The translations under genes and the position numbers were made by a program. 64,000 bases of DNA. Source: Phoronis australis (Eukaryota; Animalia; Phoronida). Below are positions 1 to 14,133 of the stretch, piece by piece. The stretch lies in NCBI GenBank assembly GCA_002633005.1, contig NMRA01000024.1, positions 1,681,177 to 1,745,176 on the forward strand, read 5' to 3'. The notes under the pieces were generated by a model. It saw nothing but the letters and a program-made list of their open reading frames with translations, had not been told where the DNA came from and did not search any database. Position 1 is the first letter of the stretch, and each line of letters begins with the position of its first letter.

Positions 1-3
1 AAA

Positions 4-3000
4 ATGGCATCTGACTTTCAGTGGGTTATCCAATTTCTCTGTTTTGTGTGGTCTGTCAACAGCGTTTCTTCATTTTTGGACATAGATGAACTCAAGGACA
101 TCAACTATGGAATTTCCATTCTCAACACCCCCGTTTTAGTTACACAGGTTTGCTGAAATTATGGCTAATAGAGTTTGAATCTGACGAGTGACACTGCTCA
201 GAGTCAGACTCAGAGTCAGAGTAGTCACTACACTATACTGCTGCAGCTCGGCAGCTGGGACTGACCTGTCACCTAGACAGTACCACCGCCTGAACTGGGC
301 CAACGCATCTGGAACAGATGTGTTGTAGATGTGCATCCGGTGAATTATATGAGCCTCTGTTAGCTACTCGCTAACGGGCAATTGCCTATTAGCTGAATGG
401 TTAGCACGCTTGCCGGTTTTATGGGGGTCGCTGGTTCGATTCCCGGCTCGGGTAATCTCGGCTATTACTACAAATGGCGTAGTCGGCAAATGGATGATCT
501 ACCGATGAAGCACTGCCAACTAGTACCCACGGACCTCGGGACAGCGTGCGTGGAAGGTTCCAGGAGTCAAGGACCTGTATGAGAGACGACCTTGTGTTCA
601 CCTGTGTTGTGGTGGTAAAGGTACCAAGGGACGTTGATGATCTGTATGCGAGACATCCTGGTGTTCACCTTCCTGTCGCGTGTCTGTTCCGTAGGAAAGG
701 GGGGAAGTTGTATATGTGCTTCCGGTGAATTATATGAGCCTCTGTTAGCTACTTGCTAACGGGCAATTGCCTATGAGCTGAATGGTTAGCACGCTTGCCG
801 GTTTTATGGGGGTCGCTGGTTCGATCCCCGGGTCTGGTAATCTTGGCTATTTCTACAGATGGTAGTAATTACAATATGATGACATTGACCTACACATGAT
901 TTAGGTATCGTTTGATTCCTTGCAACGTTATTCTTCCAAAAATATATGAATGTATCCCCTACCGCGTTTCCTACGTATTTTATCGTCGAATTTCCTGGTT
1001 TACACTGCTGTGTTAGCTCAACTCAAGATTACAGCGACACCTGTTCTTAATGAATGTAACAGCATCATTGATTCTGAATGGTGTTTGCCCGCGCGAGATT
1101 CCCGCTAAAGTTTTCCTGACATAAATTGAGGACAAGTAGCAGCATTTCACATTTTCCAATTTTTTATAATTGTGACTATTTGACAATTTTTCCACAATAT
1201 TGTCTGAAGTGATAGGCCTACCCTTTTCACCAATTTGGACCTCAAAAACAACCTTCGCTTTTTTCACGGATTCTTGCTAGCAGATGCGTACCATTGTCGC
1301 CATAGGATCGAATTCGAACCCTTGTGATCGTAACTCGGGCAGGGGATAGACAGTTCTCGGTCAATTTGAACTTATGAAAAGCGACGATCTGCAAAATTCA
1401 GTAGATTAGTTCAGTTTTTGACCGATGGGGGGACTCCTTCCATTCAACATAGCGATATTACTACCAAGTGCCGGTAAATAGTGCAAGAAGAAATTTCACG
1501 ATAAAATACTAAGGGAAGGGGATAGGAAAAAATTCTGTGTATTTTTAGAAATATAACTATGCAAGGAATCGAACGATACCAAAATCTTGTGTGTAAGTCA
1601 ATGTCGTCATATTGTACACAATTACCCAGACGGTGATCTTGTAGAGCCTCCATACCCCATAAAATTTCTGGCAAATAGTTGCTATAAGTACCTTTTGAGC
1701 TGCATAGACCCAATTCACGCGGCGGACATTAAATTCCAAAACGAGGCTCATTACGATAAACAAAGTGGAAGTTGACATTGCGTGAGTTAAATAGTCGGTC
1801 TTTAGAGTCCAACCTGGATATAAAATTTGAATAATGTGTCGACAATTAACCACAGAGACGTAAAAATTACATTAGAGAACATGTTAAGGTGCCAAAGAGT
1901 TGTCTGACGAAAGGGTTTAAATTTTTTCGGAAAATTAGGTTCGAAACATGAAAAGTAAATATGACCAAATTGCGGCGATCGTAGTGTTACAGATTGGGTA
2001 TTATGCTAAATGCAGGGTTACGTTTTTTCTTGTAAATTGTTGATCAAAATACTTTCTACGCGGACCAGGTCATCTGCTCGTATTGTTGACGAGTTGAAGA
2101 CATATTCGACAGTGGTGGCTGTCATGTGCAATTAGTCTCATCTGGTTTAATTTGTTGATCAAGAATATTAACATCAAGCATAGCCTGACACTGGTGAGGT
2201 ATGCACTCACTGGGACTAACAGTTGATTTGTCATTGATCTGAAAGAATAATTGATGTTATTAAATATATTTTTTTATTAAAATAAAAAGCCATCCTCGTA
2301 ATTATAAATAAAAATTATTTGACCATCAATTCTGCTTTCTTGGTTGGAATAATTCTTAATTACGTCTATTTCATGTGTTAGGTGTCAAATATCAATCTGG
2401 ACCAAGTTGAATTTTAAAATTAAAACACCTAATTCGTTCGTCCAAAGCAAAACTTTGTTTTAGAACTCAATTTCAGTTAACTGGACAAAGCAATCATAGT
2501 TATCATGTTTCTCCAGGAGCCTCGTTCATCCGAAGGGAGAGGTGCCAGTGCCTACTGAGAGGGGATTTTTTCGCCGAGTGAGGGGATCCAATCTACCTCC
2601 CAATCACGATCAATAGCACCCCCGCCCTTTTGCAAGCTCTCATAGGCTCTGTCTCAATTTAAAGTAGCCTTTTGTGCTCTTAAAAATTGTCATCTGTGTG
2701 GTTACAGGTGATGTGAACTCAGAGAGAATTTTTCACTAGGGGATGCCTCGTGGGGGGAATTTCGCGTGATATTTCAATATTTTTGAGAGGGGAATAGGGC
2801 CGATATTGGGCCCCAAATTTGAGGGATTGAGGGCCCTGTCCTTTTTGGAAAGAAAAATTATAATGTTTCAACCCGTAGTCATGAAAACACAGCCTGGCTG
2901 GCCCATTCTCCGGTCGTTAGGCCCACTATGATGCTTGGCAACCGAAATGCGACAAAATATGTTCTAACTTTTCGAAAACATTTGTAAATTTTACACGGAC

Positions 3001-6000
3001 ATATTTTGCTTCGTCGCGGCGTATGGCAACGACCCAATGCTTCCGTATCTCAACGTCTAGAGATTGTAAAGCAGACAGTTGAGTGTCCGTATTTTTTCTA
3101 GCCGTTCGCGGAGCAACGCGGACTGAAACACAACTACGGTATGCTGATAAGCTAACAGAGCTATCGTAGGGAGCCTCGTTTCGGAACGCGCCTCCTATCG
3201 GCATGAATTGGGTCTATATAGGGCCACCGCTATTCATGTTGTGGTACCACATGACATATCCATCAGTAATCAGTTTTGTTTATAACGATTCGTTAAGCCT
3301 CTCTAATTTGTCTCATTTTCAATTAATCTAGTATGTGTTGTCTGGCTCAATACACTGAGAAGTGTGTGTGCTTACAATCCTACAATGTCTTTAATTCTTT
3401 CCAACTCAAACACATACTCCCGCAATCATCATTTCTTTCATTCAGTTATGGAAATCGGGAACTGACCCATTTCTGGGAACTGACCTATTTCTGTTTTGAT
3501 TGCATCAGTATGTAAATTTTTCAAATCACCTGGAGGTAGACCTCCAAGATCTCGGAGTAAGCCAATCACTAACCCAGTGGTGAACTGCCAGAGTGCTTGA
3601 AACTTGGCTGCCAGGGTTGAACCTCTCATCCTGGACAAAGTAGTATCGTTGAGGAACAGGTCGTTATCCAGGATTTTGAAAATAGGGTGTCCAAAATGGG
3701 GTTCCCAATATTCCAGGGTGTCCATGATTCCGATGCGTAACCCCCCACCCCCAGCAATGCCCCCAAACACACAGATTTTTTTACAAAAAATGTATAGACC
3801 AAGCTGTTTTTACATCTAAGTTTACAAGACAGCCTACTGTAATGAGCATTTTTACTAAAAAACTGTAGACCAAGACTTTTACAATGCTATCAACCAAGTG
3901 TGAGCATAGCAACATTTTATATACTTTATATGTACATTGTAAATTTTTGTTCCTGCTTTGAAAAAGAGCCCACACTGTGAGCCTTCAGAGGCTTCCTAGT
4001 ATTCATTACTATGTGAGTCCAAACCTGAAAGGTTCCTATTGACAGTGGGCGTCCAAATGATACAATGGGCCTCCTTGCCAGGCGTCCAGATTAGTGCTAG
4101 GGCATATGCTGGGTAAAGGCCTGTTGAGGAAGGAAGCAACGCATTTCCTGTTGGATTGAACTCTTAATTGCCAAAATATTTGGTCGAGTTCGAAGGAACT
4201 TAAGACATCAATGGCGGTGTCCTATGCTCTAAAGGTACTTATAACAATGTGACTGATGGCTGCTTAGTCAGTGTGAGGCACAATTTGCCAAAAAAAGCTT
4301 CCACGAAAAGGGTACCGTATATTAATTCTGACCACGGCCTGCAGAGCTTATTCGGATCTTTATGAACATAGTATACACCAAACTACGGAGTATAGCATCC
4401 GCCATTACATTGAAACATGTTCTATGTTTCAACTACATGATGTACATGTGGATCGCTGTGATTGGCTGCTGCTTGACCTTCTATCATTGTCCTTCAGTGT
4501 CTGCTCCCAAGTCCAGGTTAAGCAGCAGGTAATCACATGGTGAGTTTGCAAACCTCTCCAGACTTCTGGCAGTTCCATACAATGATGTAATGGCGTATGC
4601 TATACTCCTTTCTTTGCTTGTCATGTATATCAAAGGTATGTTCTAAAAGATGGAAATAATCTCCCATGGCACTGACCAGTCGTGTGTTCCATAGAGGTGA
4701 GAATCTCACGAAAACCTAAGACTTCATGAGATATCGCCGTGTATTACAAGCGAAGCACTAGCTTCCTTAGCAAGATGCTTGAATCTCTGAAACTCTACCC
4801 AACTGAATTTCGAAATTTTCGTCTTTGTGGAAAATTCTGCATGCCGACATTGGCGGGTATTGTACCGGGGCTGCCAGCAAGAGAGTCGAGCGTCCAAACC
4901 ATTCAGCAATTGCTACTTGGAAGTGATATAGAGGTTTTATATACAACTTTATGTCAAACCTGGAAGACACGTGTCACAATATGTTAGATGAAGTGTGACA
5001 CGTGACTTCTGTGAGTCACATAGAATTGAATAAAGCCTCTTCAGATGGCTTGCCAATGGGCCGAACATTTTGAATGCCCGACTCCCAGTCCGATGCTGGC
5101 GGCTTGGGTTCAATACCAGCCGTCAATGTGTGGATTTTTCTACATTGGTGCCCAACAGCAGTAAAATCCACGGCCAAATGGAATTTCAATACTCCTTTGG
5201 TGTGATCGGGAGCAATGCTCTTAGCCCAGGAGCGTCAACTCCCAGATAACAGACGTGGCTGACCTGAGGTCGGAGTTCTAACTTCAGCAAATAAATGTGC
5301 TTGCTCCAAAGGACAGTTAGTCTGAAAAGTTACTGGCCCGGCTGCCAAGTTGCTGTCCCAGCTTTTAGCAATCTAATTATCTACGTTTTTCTCAATCTTG
5401 TCCATGTACACTGTGCTTGAGAACGCTCATTTGTTTTGCTATTAACTCTGAAGGTGAGAAATCATTGCCCACAAGGATCAAAAAAGTAAACTCGTTGGCA
5501 TTCAAGAGGTGAGAGGCAAGCAAATTTATTAGTCAATAAACCTTTTTTGAATTAATACAGTATGAGAACATATTCACGTGGGCCTATGTCTGCAAGTTAT
5601 TGGCCCGCCGGGAGGTGGATTTATGGCAAGGCCAGTAACTTCTAAAAGTTATTGGCCTTGCCATGAATGCACTGGCCGCGAGCCAGCATGTATTTCGAAT
5701 GCTGCCTGAAGACCAGACAGCATGCTTGATCAAGGGGTGTGTTGTAACACGTGACTTCAGTGTGTGACATGGAGTTGAATAAAACCTTTACAAATCACTT
5801 GCCAATGGGCAATTGCCTTGTGGCCAAATGTTTGGATGCTCAACCCTCACACTGGTGGCTTGGGTTTTATACCCATGTTCAGCATGTGGAGTTTTCAGAA
5901 TAATAGTACCACAGTACTGGAGGGGTAAAATACAGTGTAAATTGTAGTCCCATATGAGAACCAGCTCCTTCACTCACCAGTGAACAGGAAACTGGTTCTC

Positions 6001-9000
6001 AAAATCCCAGACTGTAGCACAAGTGTACGCATGATCATCACATTTTCACCTTACTTGAACGTCCATATAAATTCTGCCGGATTGTAGCAAAAGCGTACAC
6101 AATGTAGTAAAAGATGTTTTGACAGTTGGCGGATGATTTCAAATGTTGGTGGAAATCCTGTGTTTTTGTTTATTAAAATTTGCATTTGAATATGACATAC
6201 ATTTTAGCCCTTAGGTGGAAGTGGTGTATTGTACCTGTCTTCCAAATATGGCCAGCAATACCAGTGTCAGTTTCCTAATAAGGCAGAGAAGGCGGAGCAA
6301 GAAACAAAACAAGAGCATATCGCAAAGGAGATTGGCATAGCCGAACTGCTAAAACCTATGGAGTCCGAGCCTTGCTTGATTCAGGTATTAAGTTTCAGGT
6401 CTGCTTGATTCATTAATAGATTATACCAAATAAAAACTTTCATTATATGTTGAAAAATTACTGTTTTATTTTTTTAGCTACAGCAGCATTCCGTAAGTGT
6501 ATCATTGGTGTGTGGTGCATCAAAACATTACTGAATTTGTCTCAGTTAATATTTTTCTCTTGATTTATTTGTAGACAAAAGGCTGGTGGTCGTATGAGTT
6601 TTGTTTTGGTAAACACATTAGACAATTTCACATGGAAGGTAAGCCTCAATGCAGACTTTCCCTTGAACAGTGAGCACTGTGTGGTCATTATTTAAACTAG
6701 TGCAACTAACTCCACCTTGTCGAGGTGGAGTAAATAGTTCCAGGGTAACTTGCGCCACTTGTAATCACTGTGTGGCTGCAAACCTAGAGCAAGGCAGAAG
6801 TAATTATTAGATGCAGTTACATGTAGACATGCCTCCTTTTGTATGTTGTATTCACATTCAGCTGTTCATTGTCATGCATAGAGCAACAACTTCTGCCTCA
6901 CCCTAGTTATCGGATGTGTGTGTGTGGATATTCCACTTATTGTAGGCAGTGTGTAGAGTGGACTTAAGATGCCCTTTCTGTTATCTGATGTGACTTAATG
7001 AAAACATCAGGGGCCATGGTCTAATCTTTGTAATCAAAACTGAAGTCCAAATTACTTTTGAGGTTTTCTGTTCTGCCTTTATGAAAACTCAAGACAAGTG
7101 CCTATTATTCTGTTGCTGAGTACATTATTGTGTACGCGTATGAGTTTCTAGTACAATTTTGCACTCCATGACCTTCAGATTCGAGCTAAAAGCCGCAGGA
7201 AAAACTAGAGATTTCGAGTAAAAACTGTAAATTTCGAGTTTAGACTCGAACTTTCAGCCTTAAATTGGGGTCCTCAAGTGTATATTAGGATTAGACTGTT
7301 ATGCACATAAGCCATTGTATTAATGTACTTGAGCATAAAATAATGGAATACTTATCTTGAGTTCAATTTCAAATTGCAAGATTAGACTCCGGGCCCAGGA
7401 ATGTATGAGCTACATGTGTGTAATGTTGAACAAGAGCATAATCATAGAAATGTAGCTGTTTGGTTTCGTGAGCAATTTGTACTCTTGGGTGTGTGTGCGT
7501 GTGCGTGTTATTGTTGTTTATCGTTAAGAGTGATAATTGTAGATGGTAAAGCAGTGGGTGATATACTACTGCTTGGTACATTTGCATCCGACTACCAGTG
7601 GAATGATACTGTGGGTGAGGGAGGAGGCAAAACCAGGAACCAGTTGAGCAGGTATCACAGTCAGACGTATGTGAACGGGTCGTTGTGTGAACTGACGGGA
7701 CGAGAAAGACAGGCCGAGGTCAGGGTGAGTGTCTTTGGGTCAACCGCGTGAGGAAACATTCAGGCAAAATGGTTCTCCAATAGCTGTGAAAACGCGATAT
7801 TTGCTAAATTCATCTTGCAACATTCATATTGCTTTGAGCATGTCTGATAGGTTGGTTGGTAGGCCAAAGCATGTCTAATCAATAAGTTGGGCCTTGGTTC
7901 TCTAACTTCATTGTGGGAAGGCAATGAGAAGTTTTATATGGGATCATTATTCATTATTAGAAAAAACAATGCAGGTGGCCTGATGTCATTGGCTGTGCAT
8001 CAGACATGCCCAGTCCTCTTGGTTGGGCCCATTGCACCAAACAAATGAGCTAAAAACACGAGAGCCCCGTTATGGTTCTTCGTGAAGGAAGTTTTCATGT
8101 CTGCCTGTCTCCTTATTAGCACCAGTAATATAATTCAGAGCCATGCACTTCAGTTGGTGAAGCCTTGTTGTGTATGATGACCTTTCACCCCAAGCATAAT
8201 ACGTGGAGTTATTTTCAGTATCGTTCATTTTAAATTGCTAATTAGGATCTTTGCATCATACAACATGTTTGTAGTGGTCGTCTGATTTTGAAGGTTAGCT
8301 GCTCAATATTTATTCAGATGATTGTCTGCTCCACACCCTAGGATGAGTGCAAACAAAATGACTGACTGTCAGACGCTTCATAAAGACATGATCAAAAAAG
8401 GAATTAAGACTGAACCAAATTAAATCCATGGTTTATTAACTTGGGAAGGATATGGATCGTTTTTGCACTTTTTGGACTTAACGAAGTTTCCTAAGGTGTT
8501 GCGCTATAAGTTTTTGTTCTCCAAAACTGAGCGTTTGTTTGCCATCTCATGCAAACAAAGCACGCGGCAGCTCACGGGCCTGTATTCACGGCAAGATGTG
8601 TGCACAGTAAGCCCGAGCAGAGTCTGATCCACGGAATTGAATTTGAACTCCCAGCTTTCTGAATACATTTTGGGACACTCTGTATATTGTGTAGTCACCC
8701 ATATATCAAGCAACCACAATAAAATGCTGACCATGCCAACATAGAAGTTTTCAAATATTATGCTATATGTGTTCGTTATGGTTGCCCTCTTCATTGTAGT
8801 TTATCTGCGAAAATGATGCAGGAGACTATATCGCGCGGATAGACGAGCCGGCCACGTGCTCATACGTTCTGACCATTCACACGATGAAGATCTGCCACCA
8901 CCCGTTCCTCAAACCTCCTGGATCAGCCAAGCCTGTGCCCATCGTATGTAACCCCGTTCTGGGCGAGTCTGACTATGAGGAATATATGCAGCAGCAACAG

Positions 9001-12000
9001 CAAGGTAAGTATTGGTGCACAGTCTAGGTATGGGTGAGTAGACAACTTTCCTGATTCGTGATTGGTCCATTTGGTTGTGGTGTCGCGTAAAATGGGAAAT
9101 GGCAAGTACCAAGAATACGTTTTGCAGCAAGGTAACTATAAGTGGCTTCCAGTCTAGTTGCCTGGGGGTAAGGACATGTCTATAAAACTTTGGAACCAAC
9201 TAATTCTTTGGAATCTTTCCACTGAACAGCTCTTCTAGTAACAAATGCATTTTAAGCTAACTTTGAAGTAACAAGCCAATTGAAGTATCTTTCAAATTAG
9301 ATAAAATATCCCGGTCTGTAAGTAACTGTGTAGCTTCTTCTGGTTGTATTTTCCTCATGCCATGCCACAGGTTTGCAACTCTAGGGAAGGAAACAAAGCT
9401 TGGTGAATCTAACTGCAGTTATTACAAGGCCATGAAATAGTTTCCAGGCTCTGAGAGTACGGCACTGTGGGAAATGTTACATGAATACCTTAAATAAGGT
9501 TTTGGAAATTAAAAGGATACCAAACCCTGTTTTGATGATTTCAGCCGATCCTGGTTCAGTCACTTGCTAATGTATNCATTGGCGTCAATCTTGCAAGTTA
9601 AAAACAGGAATCAACTAAAACTCATCCTCCCTATCTCACAAATTGAATATCATGGTCTGTGGTTGTTAGTCATTTCCCACAGATGCCGTGTAATTTGCTA
9701 AAAGCGTAGGTCATAGGTCATGCTTGCCTGTATAACAGACTTTGAAATGAGTTTTCAAATTTTTCTCCAAACGTTTGTGGGTTGTCCAGGGTTACAGAGC
9801 ATTATTTTGTTTCAAAGAACTGGATGTGGAATTCTTTTTTTAGTATCTGTTAATAGGCTAAAACCGAGTTTAGTATCCTTTTTGAATGTATTCATTCGCA
9901 CTTTGTACTAGTCTACGTCAGGATTTTTATGTGACTTTGTTCTTTAAAATTTGGCAGGGACAGCTATCACACTTACAACAAATATCAACAAACCCTTTTG
10001 TCGTGTTTTGCGTTACTTTCTTGAACACATACATGTTGGAAGGTGGGTTGTTCTTGTGTTAAATACTGCAGCCACTATTGGGTCACACATGCTGGTTCTG
10101 AGTGAGGTCAAAGCTCATTATGTAAACTTACTTGCGTGTGCATCAGTCAGTAAAGAGAGGGGATTTTCTGGTTCTCTGTAGTAACAGCATATCCCAATAT
10201 TCAGTACATAATGTGCAGTAACTTCATTGTGTCCTGTCAGGATATAAAGAACTACACTGTGCTGGTACACTTAACAGAATTCCTTTTAAAATTTTCAGCT
10301 CTTCAACAGGAAGAAAAGAAACGAGAGTCACTCCTTAAAGCAGAACTTAACAAACTGGACAGTGGTAAGTTTGTGCAGAAACTATGAGAAGTCTTACTCC
10401 TATTTTCTGTCACTAGTGGTACAGGTATTTAGAAGACTCAACAGCAACTACTGGAATGTAACTCTTCTGTGTTGTGGAAGTACAAAAATGCATGGTGAGG
10501 TTGACCTAGTCAATAAAAAGTACCACTCACTGTTGAACCCAGTTGAATAAGTAAAGAATGTTAGATCAGACTTACTCACTGTCAAATTGCTTGGTGTCAC
10601 CATTCACTACTTGCACACTTTGGTGCCGTTGCAAAAAATGATTGTGGTGCATTGTTGTTTAGGACAAAATGCCTCGATTTTGTATCAATTTTAACAACGC
10701 AACATGAAAGCGTGTATGTTTCAAACATGCAGAACCATTGTAGTTTGGACATAACACCTCGTTTTCAAGTTTAATGGCAAATTCGTGCAAGTAGTAAATT
10801 GCAATGTAGTGTGCTATAGTATAACTTTAATGGCATTGAAATGAAAAATATCAAAATAATGGTGATTAGCATTAACTACTTGCACACTTTTGTGGCACTG
10901 CAAAAATGATTGTTGTTTAGGACACAACGCCTCATTTTAGCACCCATTTTAACAATGCAAACGTGAAAATACATGGGTTCCAAACTTGCAGAACCATTGT
11001 AGTTGAGACATGCTGCCTCGTTTTCAAGTGTAATGGCGAGTTCATGCGAGTAGTGAATTGCAGTGGGACAAGTACTCTGCAGATGCACAGCATTGTGGGT
11101 AAATATTGCAGAATCAGAGTGGCACTGTTGTATTTCAGGATTTGATTTTCTGGTGACTGGCAAATGGCACTCATGAGAGATATTTGTTGACTAATCCCAA
11201 CGGAACAACATTTTGGGCACAGTGCCAACAGCTATTCACGTATTAGCAGCCATTCAGACTTTAAAAATGTTCGAGAGTAATCTGCTCATTTTTGAACGGA
11301 AAATATCAAAGTTGTTGACTCTCTTCTAGATCTTACCAAATTAAAGCATCCAGCTGGTTCTAAGAGCAAGGCTGGTGGTATGAAAGGTGACCTTGATACA
11401 GCTGCTGTGACGGAACTGCACAAAACATTGAAGAAAACATTGAAAGACGTGCTGTCGGGATTCTCTGATGACGGTATGCAGCTGGAAAAGCAGTCTACCC
11501 ATGATGTCTGAGGAAGTTGTAATTGCAGTGCAATTATCAAAAATTTAAACCAGATGAATTTGACAAAAGTAATCCAGCTTTGTCAAAAGTTATGACAAAA
11601 ATTGTGAAAGAAATCACTTGACAAACAACACGTTTTGTAATTGTCAGTGATGAACAAAATGAACAAGGGTTAGGTGTTGTCTGCCTGCACATACCAGGTA
11701 TCAAGTGTAGTGAATTGCTGTAACTGAGTTTGGTGTGTTTAGTCTGCTACTGTTGTAGAAAAGGGAACGTCTGACCAAAGGGCCTGTTGTAATAATGTGG
11801 TATTCAGTGCTTTGAAGTGAGAAACACACTGTGAGCATTAGTGTTACTGCAACCAGGGTTATGTCAACCATCGGTTACTTTGGGCATGGGCTGAGGCTCC
11901 GCGCCTTCAGGGGCCTCACGCCCTTAGGGACACTACACTTAGAAATGTTAAGAGTTAAAGAGCTTGAACCTCAAAGTTCGTTATTGTCACATTATAGCAA

Positions 12001-14098
12001 AGTGTTATCCTATTTCAGCATACTGCTTGTTAAGTGTATAGAAAATTTATTTCGTCTATTAAAAGCACCTTCTGTATATCTAGCCAGATCATTACAAAAA
12101 TTATTACATAAAATTAATGATAATGTATTTTTTAATTTTGTAATATCAATTTTCCATTCTTACTGTTACCTTCTCACTGAGAGAGTAACAAATCTGTAAA
12201 CAATAAGCTTTGAATTTGAGTATTTTTGCCTGATCTTGTGTACTATAAGGCTAATTTCTGTACGAATATGCATTTTTGCATACACTACTCGAGCCTGTTA
12301 TCCATTGGGTTGCCAGAAATTTTCCATGAAAGTGCATGAAGCTGTGAAGTTGGATGAGCCAAAAGAATCTTTGCTTAAATACCTGACAGCCAGAGACACA
12401 TCAAGCACAACATCCGTCGTCAGAGAACAAAATGAGAACAAATCAATTGTCCTGTCATTGATTCCTTTTTTTCTATGAATGAACCTTTCTTTTATGCTAG
12501 ATTTTACTAAAAAGACATCACATGACCCATTTGGCAGATTTGGCGAAAAGTCAAAAGTCAAATTCTGCAGGTTTTGTACATTCAGAAAAGATATGTCAGT
12601 TAAAAATGTATAGTTTTATGGATATTTGCCTAAATACTGTTGACTTCAAATGTTTGCATTGCAGAATTAGACGAGATAGTGGACTATGCCAACCTTGAAG
12701 TTAACTCTGTCAATGACATGACAAAATTGAACAAGTTCATCGACAACCTGAAGGACAAAGACTCAAAAATAACCGTAGAAGAGCAAACAAACAGGCCAGA
12801 AGAAATCAGGGGAGATCATCACAGTGATGGGAAAGTTGAAAGCAAGACTGACACATCTGGAAGTGAAGAGACTTCTGAGAGTAATCAGGCGAGCACAGGT
12901 TCCGGTGATGGCAAGGATGAAGCATCACCTTTTGGTAGCAATGAGAAACGAGACCTGCCAGAAGATGGCAGCACAAGTGTTGTGACTGAGGACAAGAGTA
13001 GAGGTGATAATGAGGAGATGGATGAGAAATCAAAGTCTCAGGGTGAGGAGGACACTAATCTCAAGTTTTCTGAACAGAGTGACGACGACGATGAATTGGG
13101 AGGGTTTAAAAAAGGTTTGTTCTTTGTTGTTTATACTGTTAGGGTGTTGTTAGTTTTATTTTTGCTTTTGTTTCTTCTGTTGTCATTGCTCTTGCGTGAC
13201 ATCTTTAGTGACCGACATTTTTTCAATCAAACCTTTCCCTAGCAAATGCTTTGTGACTATATTTCAATGTGGCTTGGCTGACTTACGAGAATTATTGCAC
13301 CTTGCATACACACGCGCGTGTGCACACGCACAAACACGCCCACACACACGCACAACCGCACACATACACACACCCGTGGGCGCACGCATGCATGCGTGTG
13401 CACACCCAAACACACGCACACACACTGCAGAACAGTTTTCAGCCTTCAAAACCTTTGTGTATGGTGCTCATGGGCTTGGGGATTTATTTGAGAACTGTTT
13501 GTCTTTCTGAGAAATTAAATATGATGATTATGGTATGCAGTGCTATTAAGGAACTTTAGGCATTGTGTTGTTACATGTCATGGTAAATGACATTCATTAA
13601 ACAATCTGTTTTACTTTTACTTAGGTTTGGGAATTGAGGAAAAAAACAACACACTACATAGTGTGTCTCCTCCGCCATCGCACATGACCAAAATAAAGCG
13701 TCACCCTCATCCCATTTTAGGGTTGTTGCAATGCTTGTTCATCAGAAATTGTTAGTCATGTTCCTGCACGCTTTACACAATAGCGCTCTTTTCATTTTAG
13801 AACTTGATGAGATCCTGTCAGCAAGCAAGATTAAGGAGAGGTTGACGAAACTTCGCAGTACACTAGAGAAGTCTATGAGGGATCAGTTTGATGAGATAGT
13901 GGACGAGGTACGTGGAAATGTTTGAGTTTTGTAGTGACAAGATGGGCCAGGAGGCTGTATGACCCGTAAAAAATTACCACAATATGCTTTCAGTTAAAAT
14001 ATTACATTACTTAGATGCCAATACTAGTATGAATATCATATCAGTTTTATATGCAGGCATTATTCAAGTCGCCTGAGTTTTATTTGACATCGTTATCA

Positions 14099-14133
<35 letters not shown>

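Noticed and set aside
383-455. Functional tRNA gene
   Set aside because: A and B boxes are present but acceptor and anticodon stems do not pair well, and the sequence is part of an LTR.
2514-2838. hAT-like element similar to 36829-37138
   Set aside because: Diverged similarity is visible but no convincing TSD, so it was left unclassified.
13196-13559. His/Thr/Ala-rich ORFs
   Set aside because: Translation of a CA microsatellite.
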